A DNA stretch of 64,000 nt from an uncultured Arcobacteraceae bacterium (GTDB taxonomy: Bacteria > Campylobacterota > Campylobacteria > Campylobacterales > Arcobacteraceae). A model generated the notes under the pieces. That model was not told the origin of the DNA, made no database searches, and saw only the letters and a program-made list of their open reading frames with translations. Where the stretch lies: NCBI GenBank assembly GCA_964022095.1, contig CAXHZO010000013.1, positions 1 to 64,000 on the forward strand, read 5' to 3'. Shown here one piece after another: positions 41,369 to 49,700 of this stretch. Both the position numbers and the translations under genes were made by a program. Position 1 is the stretch's first letter. Every line of letters starts with the position of its first letter.

Positions 41369-43831
41369 TTAAACTCCTTTTGCTTCAAAACTATGAGATT
41401 CTTCTGGATTTATTACGATTGGATTAAACTCTTTTGTAAACCCATCTTCTATTGCTTTTGCCCATGGGTCAACTTGTGCAGATTTTTGAGATTCATCAAA
41501 TCTTTGTGCATAGTATTTTCTTTTTTCATCATCAAACATTACTTTTTTTACATGTTCTAAACCAACTCTTTCAATCCAATGAGCAGTTCTTTCTAAATAA
41601 AATGCATCTTCTCTATAAAATTGCATATAAGCCTTTGTGTATTCAAATAACTCTTCGTCAGTTTCTACTTTACATAAAAAGTCAGTTACTCTAACTTTTA
41701 TACCACCATTACCAGCAACATGGATTTCCCATCCTGAATCAACACCAATAATTCCAAAGTCTTTGATAGTTGCTTCTGCACAGTTTCTAGGACATCCTGA
41801 TACAGCGATTTTATATTTATGTGGTGTCCATGAACCCCATGTTAGCTTTTCAATCTTAACACCCATACTCATAGAGTCCTGCGTTCCAAATCTACAGAAT
41901 GTATTTCCTACACATGTTTTTACTGTTCTTAATCCTTTTGCATAAGCTTGTCCTGATACAAATCCACAATCATTTAAATCTTTCCACATAGGAGCTAATT
42001 GTTCTTTTTTAATTCCTAACATATCAAGTCTTTGCCCACCTGTAAATTTTACAGTTGGAACATCATATTTAACAGCAATATCTGCAATATCTTTTAATTC
42101 TTGAGGAGAAGTTAACCCTCCCCAAATTCTTGGAACAACTGAGTAAGTTCCATCTTTTTGGATATTTGCAAACATTCTGTCATTTACTAAGGCACTTCTT
42201 TTATCATTTTTGTATTTGTCGTCATTGTATTTAACTAATAAATAGTAGTTAACTGCTGGTCTACATTTTGCACAACCATCTTCTGTTTTCCATGAAGCTT
42301 TTTTAAACACATCATATACAGTTTCAAAATCACCATCATCAATGATTTTTTTAACTTCTGCATGACCTTTGTTTGTACATCCACAAATTCCTTCAGGCTC
42401 ATTATTGTACTCATCACCTAAAGTATTTACTAAGATTTGTTCAACTAAGCCTAAACAAGAACCACATGAAGCTCCAGCTTTTGTACATGATTTTACATCA
42501 CCTAGTGATTTTAAGTCTTTATCTTTAATTGCATTTACAACATCTCCTTTGCAAACACCATTACATCCACAAACTTCTTCGTCATCACTCATGGCATTTA
42601 TATCATCACCACCATGTCCAGAATCTCCAGAAAGTGCAGATTTACCAAATAAGATTTTTGTTCTTAAATCACTAATATCAGTGTGCTCTTTTAATAGTTT
42701 TAAATACCAAGATGCATCAGCAGTATCACCATATAATACAACTCCTATAATTTTATTATCAAAAATCACAAGCTTTTTGTAAATACCTGCTTTTTCATCT
42801 AGTAAGATTAACTCTTCAGTTGTAACATCTCCTAAATAATCACCTGCACTAAATAAATCAACTCCAGAGATTTTAAGTCTAGTTGATAAAGTTGATCCAC
42901 TATATCCTTCAACTTCAACTCCCGCAAGCTTTTTAGCTAATACTTTTCCTTGCTCATATAAAGGAGCAACTAAGCCATAAGTATTTCCATTATGCTCAAT
43001 ACACTCACCAACGGCAAAAATTGATTCATCACTTGTAGCCATGAAATCATCAACTAAAATACCTTTTTTTGTTTCTATTTCTGCATCTATTGCAAGCTCT
43101 TTATTTGGAATAATTCCAGTTGCAAATACTACAATATTTGACTCAACACTTTTCCCATCACTAAATGTAACTGTTTGAACTTCTGTTGTTCCAGATATCT
43201 CTTTTATAGTAGTATTTAACTTAAATTCAATTCCGTATTTTTCTAAGTTTTGTTGTAAAAGTTTTCCACCAGTACTATCAAGTTGTTGTGATAAAATAGA
43301 ACCACTTCTATGAACTAAAACAGTTTTAACCCCATGCATTGCAATACCATAAGCAGCTTCAAGTCCAAGCAGACCACCACCAACTACAACTGCTGTTTTA
43401 GATTTATCAATAGTTTCTATTATGGTATCAACATCAGCTTTATTTCTAAAAGCGATCACATTATTTAAATCACTTCCAGGCGTTGTAGGAATAAAAGGTT
43501 TAGATCCAGTAGCAATTAAAAGTTTGTCATAAGATTCAATTTTCCCACTTTTTGAAGTGATTGTTTTATCTTTTTTATTAATCGATACAACCTTATCTCC
43601 TTTGTTTAGTGTGATATTATGCTCATCATACCAAGTTTGGTGATTGATAATCGTATCTTCAAATGTTTTTTCTTGTGATAATATATATGAAAGCATAATT
43701 CTATTGTAGTTTACGTAAGGTTCATCTCCATAAATAGTGATATCATACTTGTCATTTGTAATTTCTAAAAGATCCTCAATGGCTCTTAAACCACTCATTC
43801 CGTTTCCAATAACTACTAATTTCTTTTTCAC
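41369..43831 (-). CDS. nirB: NAD(P)H nitrite reductase large subunit
   Basis: GNGMSG FAD, GGGLLGLE, CGCNGV BFD domains, ANIQKDGTYSVVPR, CVGNTFC, GCPRNCAE; GTG start. Confidence 0.95.
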   Translation of the reverse strand: MKKKLVVIGNGMSGLRAIEDLLEITNDKYDITIYGDEPYVNYNRIMLSYILSQEKTFEDTIINHQTWYDEHNITLNKGDKVVSINKKDKTITSKSGKIESYDKLLIATGSKPFIPTTPGSDLNNVIAFRNKADVDTIIETIDKSKTAVVVGGGLLGLEAAYGIAMHGVKTVLVHRSGSILSQQLDSTGGKLLQQNLEKYGIEFKLNTTIKEISGTTEVQTVTFSDGKSVESNIVVFATGIIPNKELAIDAEIETKKGILVDDFMATSDESIFAVGECIEHNGNTYGLVAPLYEQGKVLAKKLAGVEVEGYSGSTLSTRLKISGVDLFSAGDYLGDVTTEELILLDEKAGIYKKLVIFDNKIIGVVLYGDTADASWYLKLLKEHTDISDLRTKILFGKSALSGDSGHGGDDINAMSDDEEVCGCNGVCKGDVVNAIKDKDLKSLGDVKSCTKAGASCGSCLGLVEQILVNTLGDEYNNEPEGICGCTNKGHAEVKKIIDDGDFETVYDVFKKASWKTEDGCAKCRPAVNYYLLVKYNDDKYKNDKRSALVNDRMFANIQKDGTYSVVPRIWGGLTSPQELKDIADIAVKYDVPTVKFTGGQRLDMLGIKKEQLAPMWKDLNDCGFVSGQAYAKGLRTVKTCVGNTFCRFGTQDSMSMGVKIEKLTWGSWTPHKYKIAVSGCPRNCAEATIKDFGIIGVDSGWEIHVAGNGGIKVRVTDFLCKVETDEELFEYTKAYMQFYREDAFYLERTAHWIERVGLEHVKKVMFDDEKRKYYAQRFDESQKSAQVDPWAKAIEDGFTKEFNPIVINPEESHSFEAKGV

Positions 43832-43895
43832 TTTATTTCCTTTTTATCTTATATTCAAATTATTCCATAATAAAAGCTTTAAGGGATAAAATAAA

Positions 43896-43996
43896 TGTAT
43901 ATTTTTTAATCAATAAAACTTAAATTTACATTATAAAATTAAAAATATAATATATTATTGTTTAAATAATATATTTAATACTTAAGAATACATTAA
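43896..43996 (-). promoter_or_regulatory. nirB composite regulatory region
   Basis: Palindrome TGTATATTTTTTAATCA (43896-43912); boxes rc ATAATGTAAATTTAAG (43919-43934) and rc TTAATGTATTCTTAAG (43981-43996). Confidence 0.6.
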
Positions 43997-45714
43997 AATA
44001 TAACTAAAAAGATATTGCTTATAAATAGTATAAACGATATCACTTGCCAAAATTTAACAGGATTTTTTTCTATTATTGGAACTTTATTTTTATTTAAAAA
44101 CTTTGGATTTGGTGTTTTTAAATCATAAATAAATTCTGATAATAAACTATATCTTTGATTTGGATCTACACTTAAGGCTTTTTTGATTGTTTCATTAAAC
44201 CATCTTGGAATTTTTATCTCTTTATTTATAATTGGAGAATATGTAAGTCTGTTTTGTGCTGATTTTGTTGTACTTTTTGCAACATCATTTCCGTAAGGAA
44301 ATTTTCCAGATAACATATAATAAATGATAACACCAAGGGAAAAAATATCTGATTTTACACTTCCTGTATCACCAAGAAAATATTCAGGTGCACTATATAA
44401 AGCAGTTCCTTGAATATGAAACTGTTTTGTAAAACTATCAATTTCTAAAATACCTTCAACTTTTGTAGCACCAAAATCAATTATTGTTACATGGTTGTTT
44501 TTATCTATTAAAATATTCTCAGGTCTTAAATCTTGGTGAACCATTTCATAAGTATGAAATGATTGAAGTCCATTTGCTATTTGATCAACAATATCCCTAA
44601 CCTCTTGTAAAGTAGGACTTGGATTATCTTTTATCCACTGTGCTAAAGTTTGCCCCTCAATAAAATTTGTAACTACATATAAATAGTTTTTTTCTCTATT
44701 TTGTTCATATGCTTTTAGTACATGCTTATTGTTTAATCTCTTTGCAATCCAATCTTCCATTAATAGTCGTTCTAAATAGGCATTGTCTTCTTTGAATTCA
44801 TATGATGGAATTTTTATTACAACTTTATCTTGAGTTTGTAAATCAATGGCTAAATAAACATGACTTCTACTGTTGTAATTAAGTGTCTTTAAAATCTTAA
44901 AACCATCAAATTCATCTTGCTCTTTTAAATCTTGATGAACTGGTTTTTCGTAGATTTCACTTTGTACTTCATTTACTTGTTTTTTGGGTAAATTATCAAT
45001 TTTAACAATTTGTAGTGTTAGATTATCATCACTTTTATTTTCAATTGCAGTATTTACTAACTTTTTTGCTAAATCATTTAAATCACCTTTATAAGAAGAG
45101 ACTTCCTTTATGAATGTTTCATTATTTATAAATTCATAAACACCATCTGTCATAAGCAAAAATAGGTCATCTTTTTCAAGAGGTGTTGATTCATAATCAG
45201 TATTTAAAACTGAATCAATTCCTAAAGCACGTGCAAGATAGCTTTTATCTTTTGATACCCAAGTTCTATGATCAGTTGTTAATTGTGTTAATTCATTATT
45301 TCTTATTTTATAAACTCTAATATCCCCCACATGAAGAATATGTGCAGTGTTTGATTTTAAAATCAAACTTGTAAAAGTACATACAAACCCACTATCTTTT
45401 TCAAGGTGGTATTGATTTTCTTTATTCTTTGAATATAGCCAAGAATTTGTTGCGTTTATTACTTTTGTTGCAGCATTTTTTACACTCCAAGCTTCACTTG
45501 TACAGTAATAATCTTCTAAAAATGTTTGAATACTAACTCGACTAGCTTCTTGACTTACATCACTACTACTTATACCATCAGCGATACAAATTGAAATACC
45601 TTTTGTTATAAGTTGTGGTTCTTTTGGAATTTTTATTTCATGGTAGTCTTGGTTGATTTTTTTAACACCTTTAGAAGTGTATTGACCATAAGAGATTTGA
45701 AGATTGTTTTGCAT
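43993..45714 (-). CDS. Bifunctional PP2C phosphatase-Ser/Thr kinase, C-terminal TM (copy 1)
   Basis: IADG, HVGDIR, TDG, DDNLT; VIK, HQDLRPEN, DFG, YSAPE. Confidence 0.9.
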   Translation of the reverse strand: MQNNLQISYGQYTSKGVKKINQDYHEIKIPKEPQLITKGISICIADGISSSDVSQEASRVSIQTFLEDYYCTSEAWSVKNAATKVINATNSWLYSKNKENQYHLEKDSGFVCTFTSLILKSNTAHILHVGDIRVYKIRNNELTQLTTDHRTWVSKDKSYLARALGIDSVLNTDYESTPLEKDDLFLLMTDGVYEFINNETFIKEVSSYKGDLNDLAKKLVNTAIENKSDDNLTLQIVKIDNLPKKQVNEVQSEIYEKPVHQDLKEQDEFDGFKILKTLNYNSRSHVYLAIDLQTQDKVVIKIPSYEFKEDNAYLERLLMEDWIAKRLNNKHVLKAYEQNREKNYLYVVTNFIEGQTLAQWIKDNPSPTLQEVRDIVDQIANGLQSFHTYEMVHQDLRPENILIDKNNHVTIIDFGATKVEGILEIDSFTKQFHIQGTALYSAPEYFLGDTGSVKSDIFSLGVIIYYMLSGKFPYGNDVAKSTTKSAQNRLTYSPIINKEIKIPRWFNETIKKALSVDPNQRYSLLSEFIYDLKTPNPKFLNKNKVPIIEKNPVKFWQVISFILFISNIFLVIF

Positions 45715-45735
45715 AGTTTATCCTGTTTATTAAGT

Positions 45736-45763
45736 AGTTATAAGCTCACTTGAGCTTATAACT
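45736..45763 (-). terminator. Stem-loop after cynS
   Basis: AGTTATAAGCTCA-ct-TGAGCTTATAACT. Confidence 0.6.
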
Positions 45764-45765
45764 TA

Positions 45766-46206
45766 TTACCAAGATTTATAAGGTAAGAATTTTCCATTCA
45801 TAGTAATAACTACTCTATCACCAGCTGGATTTTCTTCTTTATCAATATCCATTGAGAAATCAATTGCACTCATAATTCCATCACCAAATTTTTCACCAAT
45901 AAGTTCTTTAATCGTATCTCCATAAACACCAATTACTTCATAGAACCTGTAAACAACTGGATCAGTTGGAATATCTTTTTCCCAAGTTTTGTATGGGAAT
46001 TCTATTAATGTTTTTTCAACATCTTTAGAAAGCTTTAAAACTTCGCATAGTTTCTTTGCATATTTTTTCTTCAAACTGTTTTGACCTAAACAAGCAGAAG
46101 TTAAAAATACACTTCCTAAACCAACCTTTGAAGATATCTCTTCCCAAGATAAACCTAAACTTTTTTTAGCAACTATAATCTCTTCTGTCATTTCAATTTT
46201 TGTCAT
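45766..46206 (-). CDS. cynS: Cyanate hydratase (cyanase)
   Basis: PTDPVVYRFYE, FGDGIMSAIDF, GKFLPY. Confidence 0.97.
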   Translation of the reverse strand: MTKIEMTEEIIVAKKSLGLSWEEISSKVGLGSVFLTSACLGQNSLKKKYAKKLCEVLKLSKDVEKTLIEFPYKTWEKDIPTDPVVYRFYEVIGVYGDTIKELIGEKFGDGIMSAIDFSMDIDKEENPAGDRVVITMNGKFLPYKSW

Positions 46207-46268
46207 TTTTAAATCCTTTCAGTTTTTTAAATTAGTAAAATATTTAGAGTTAAACACTTTAGTAATTT

Positions 46269-46301
46269 AAAAAAGGAAGTAGCGCGAATACTTCCTTTTT
46301 T
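46269..46301 (-). terminator. Stem-loop between FNT and cynS
   Basis: AAAAAAGGAAGTA-gcgcgaa-TACTTCCTTTTTT. Confidence 0.6.
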
Positions 46302-46309
46302 GATATTTA

Positions 46310-47158
46310 TTAAGCAGCTTCTTTTGAACTTGAAGAAGGTGTAGTTAATTCTCTTTTTGCACCAGTTTTATAGTGCGTGTAGTAAATCATTAATCCAACA
46401 AATAATAAACCACCAACTAAGTTACCTAATGCAACTGGTAATTCATTCCATAATAAGTAATCAGCAATTGTAAAATCACCACCCATAATTAGTGAGAATG
46501 GAAATAAGAACATATTAACAATTGAGTGCTCAAATCCCATAAAGAAGAACAGCATAACAGGCATCCACATAGCTAGCCATTTCCCTGAAACTGAAGTTGA
46601 AATCATAGCTCCAACAACACCCATAGAAACCATCCAGTTACATAACATACCTCTAATAAATACAGTAATCCATCCAGCAACTCCATATTCAGAATAACCT
46701 ACAGTTCTAGACTCTCCAATAGTTGCAACTTTTTGTGCAATAGCTCCACCATCAGTATTAAACCCCATAGTAAATATAAAGGCAATCATACAAGCAACCG
46801 TAAATGCACCACCAAAGTTACCCAGTGCTACTAATCCCCAGTTTCTTAAAATTTGACCTATTGTTACACCTGGTCTTTTATCAAGCCATGCTAGTGGCAC
46901 TAGTGTAAATACTCCAGTCAAAAGGTCAAACTTCATGAAATATAACATGATGAATCCCACAGGGAATAAACAAGCTCCTAAGATTGGAGAACCAGATTTC
47001 ATTGCAACAGTAATTGCAAATACAGCAGCTAGACCTAAAATAGCACCAGCCATATACGCTCTAATTAACGTATCTTTAGTTGACATGAAGACTTTCTCTT
47101 CACCAGCATCTACCATTTTCGTAGCGAATTCAGATGGATTTATATATGACATACTCAA
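46310..47158 (-). CDS. Formate/nitrite transporter (FNT) family channel, likely nitrite/cyanate
   Basis: FPVG, DLLTG, GNFGG, GMLCNWMV, FEHSIVNM, GNLVGG. Confidence 0.92.
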   Translation of the reverse strand: MSMSYINPSEFATKMVDAGEEKVFMSTKDTLIRAYMAGAILGLAAVFAITVAMKSGSPILGACLFPVGFIMLYFMKFDLLTGVFTLVPLAWLDKRPGVTIGQILRNWGLVALGNFGGAFTVACMIAFIFTMGFNTDGGAIAQKVATIGESRTVGYSEYGVAGWITVFIRGMLCNWMVSMGVVGAMISTSVSGKWLAMWMPVMLFFFMGFEHSIVNMFLFPFSLIMGGDFTIADYLLWNELPVALGNLVGGLLFVGLMIYYTHYKTGAKRELTTPSSSSKEAA

Positions 47159-47219
47159 CTCCTTTTTTTAATGTTTTGTTGTCTTATGTTTTTCACATTT
47201 TCATTAAATCAAGAAAAGT

Positions 47220-47293
47220 GAGGAAAAATAGAGGAAAAGTAAAAAATACTGTATAAAAAGTATACAAACGCCTAGAATAGTTTGTTGTATAAT
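47220..47293. promoter_or_regulatory. Divergent FNT/sensor promoter region
   Basis: GAGGAAAA repeats at 47220 and 47231; palindrome TGTATAAAAAGTATACA at 47250-47266; TATAAT at 47288. Confidence 0.65.
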
Positions 47294-47314
47294 AAAAATA
47301 AAAAAGGAAATAAA

Positions 47315-48841
47315 ATAAAAAAATCTTTAATTTATCTTTTTGTATTCTTTTCATTATCACTTTTCTCTTTAATTGGATATACCATTAAAAGTTCATATCA
47401 AGTGCAAGAAGAACTACTAGAAGAGAGTCTAAAAAATAAAGCTCTTGCGATATTTAATCTTATAGTTGATATGAGGCACTGGAATGCCCAATATGAAGGT
47501 GTATATGTAAAATCAGACAAATTAGAACCAAATCCATATTTAAAACCTGGCTTTATAAAATCAGAACATGGGGAGAAACTAGTTTGGGTAAATCCTGCTT
47601 TTATGACAAGACAAATCTCAAATATTGCTAGCAAAAGAGATGGTTTTAAATTAAAAATTACAAGTAATAAACTTATAAATAAAAACAATGCTCCAGATGA
47701 GTTTGAAGCAGAAATTTTAAATTACTTTGATAAAAATCCTCAAATTCCTTATTATTGGGAAATTAAAGAGAATAATTTCAAGTTTATGGGAGCCCTTAAA
47801 ACAGAAAAAGCTTGTTTAGCTTGTCATGCTCATCAAGGTTATAAAGTAGGAGATATTAGAGGTGGTGTTTCTGTATCTTTTGATGTTGAACAAGAGTTTG
47901 AAAAACTTGAAGTAATAAATAAAGACAAAGAGCAAAGTTTATTTTTCTTAATCACAGCAGCAATTGGTGCAATTTTAACACTACTTATTCATCAAAATAT
48001 AAAAAGAGTAGATGAAGATAAAATTTCTGAACTTAATGAATCTTTAGAAGCAAAGGTTCAAGAGTTAGATGAGTTTAATAAAACACTTCATAAAAAAGTT
48101 GAAGTTGAATTAGTAAAACAAAGAGAAAAAGAAAATCTCTTAATCCAACAATCAAAATTAGCAGCTTTAGGAGAGATGATTGGAAACATTGCCCATCAAT
48201 GGAGGCAACCAATTAGTGCTGTAAGTGCTATTATGATGAATATTAAATGGACTGCTATTTCTCAAGGTGCTGATAAAAAATTTATGGATGAAACTATGAA
48301 AGAGGCAAATGAACAGTTACAATATATGTCTCAAACAATTGATGATTTTAGGAATTTTTTTAAACCAAACAAAGAAAAAGAGATGTTTGATATAAAAAAA
48401 GAGGTTAGAAAAGCATATAAAATTATGAGAGCAACTTTAGAAAACTATGAGATAAATACTCAAATACATAATAGAGTTGAAATAGATGTATATGGTTATG
48501 CAAATGAGTTTTCGCAAGTAATTTTAAATATCATCTCAAATGCAAAAGATGTTCTAATTCAAAAAAATATTCAAAATCCACGAATTGATATATTTTTATC
48601 AAAGGATGATGCCTTTGCTTATTGTGAAATTCTTGATAATGGTGGAGGAATACCTTTTGAGTGTATTCAAAAAATATTTGAGCCATATTTTACTACAAAA
48701 GAATCATCAGGAACGGGAATTGGATTGTATATTTCAAAAGAGATTATTGTAAAACATATGCAAGGTACACTTGAAGTTGAAAATACAAAAGATGGGGCAA
48801 AGTTTATAGTTGCAATACCTTTATATAAAGATGAGGTTTAA
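47315..48841 (+). CDS. Heme-c (DUF3365/Tll0287-like) sensor histidine kinase
   Basis: NPAFMTRQ, CLACH CxxCH motif, GDIRGG, AHQWRQP, GTGIGL; probable start at ATA 47315 (track start 47282). Confidence 0.85.
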   Translation: MKKSLIYLFVFFSLSLFSLIGYTIKSSYQVQEELLEESLKNKALAIFNLIVDMRHWNAQYEGVYVKSDKLEPNPYLKPGFIKSEHGEKLVWVNPAFMTRQISNIASKRDGFKLKITSNKLINKNNAPDEFEAEILNYFDKNPQIPYYWEIKENNFKFMGALKTEKACLACHAHQGYKVGDIRGGVSVSFDVEQEFEKLEVINKDKEQSLFFLITAAIGAILTLLIHQNIKRVDEDKISELNESLEAKVQELDEFNKTLHKKVEVELVKQREKENLLIQQSKLAALGEMIGNIAHQWRQPISAVSAIMMNIKWTAISQGADKKFMDETMKEANEQLQYMSQTIDDFRNFFKPNKEKEMFDIKKEVRKAYKIMRATLENYEINTQIHNRVEIDVYGYANEFSQVILNIISNAKDVLIQKNIQNPRIDIFLSKDDAFAYCEILDNGGGIPFECIQKIFEPYFTTKESSGTGIGLYISKEIIVKHMQGTLEVENTKDGAKFIVAIPLYKDEV

Positions 48842-48842
48842 T

Positions 48843-49514
48843 ATGGAAAGATTAAAATCAAAAACAATTTTACTCATAGAAGATGAAAGAACCATAAGAG
48901 AAAATATAGCTTCGATGTTAAAGTTTTTTTTCAAAGATGTTTATACTGCAATTGATGGTTATGATGGGTTAGATAAGTATGAACATTACTTACCAGATAT
49001 TGTAATAACTGATTTAAAAATGCCTAATATGGATGGATTTGAACTTATTGAAGAATTAACAAAAAGACAAAGTCAATCTTATACAATAATAGTTTCAGCC
49101 CATACTGATACAGAATTACTTATAAAAGCTATTCATGATGGAGTTGATAGATATTTAATAAAACCAGTAACTGAAGATGAACTTTTTGAAGCATTTGAAG
49201 CTTATTTAAAAAAGATTGATATAACACAACCACAAACTATTGAAATAGATAAAGATGTATTTTTAGAAACTGATAAAAAAAGTTTAATAGTTAAACAGCT
49301 CGAAGTACATTTAAATAAAAAAGAGTTTTTGCTTCTTAAACTATTAACTTCAAGTAATAATAAAACTTTTACATATGAAGATATTGAAAATGTAGTTTGG
49401 GGTGGGTCTGTTATGAGCCAATCTGCAATTAGAAGCGTTGTTAGGGATTTAAGAAAAAAAATAGGTCAAAATTATATTATAAATGTTTCAGGAGTAGGGT
49501 ACAGTTTAAAATAG
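48843..49514 (+). CDS. OmpR-family response regulator
   Basis: IEDE, TDLKMP, SAH, KP, GVGY; ATG 48843 after GAGG. Confidence 0.9.
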   Translation: MERLKSKTILLIEDERTIRENIASMLKFFFKDVYTAIDGYDGLDKYEHYLPDIVITDLKMPNMDGFELIEELTKRQSQSYTIIVSAHTDTELLIKAIHDGVDRYLIKPVTEDELFEAFEAYLKKIDITQPQTIEIDKDVFLETDKKSLIVKQLEVHLNKKEFLLLKLLTSSNNKTFTYEDIENVVWGGSVMSQSAIRSVVRDLRKKIGQNYIINVSGVGYSLK

Positions 49515-49600
49515 GGATTTTGCCTAATCTTTCTTATATATTAATCTTTTATTAACTGACTATTAGATTATCATTAACGAATACAGTTTATAATAAATTT

Positions 49601-49700
49601 ATGGCTTGAAGGGAAATTGCGAACTTCCCTCAGAAAGTTAAGCGAATTTTTCAAATTTAATCTCCTAAATTAAAAAAAGGTTCTTAGGAACCTTTTTTTA
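49601..49700 (+). ncRNA. Candidate ~100-nt small RNA with anti-Shine-Dalgarno segment
   Basis: TATAAT at 49589-49594, 5' stem-loop, ATCTCCT at 49660-49666, intrinsic terminator. Confidence 0.45.
49671..49700. terminator. Bidirectional intrinsic terminator
   Basis: AAAAAAAGGTTC-ttag-GAACCTTTTTTT. Confidence 0.8.

Noticed and set aside
49574-49654. 26-aa minus-strand ORF (TTG start, AGGAG RBS; MKNSLNFLREVRNFPSSHKFIINCIR)
   Set aside because: It lies immediately past a strong terminator with no promoter space; the AGGAG is better explained as the complement of a + strand anti-SD. Not fully excluded
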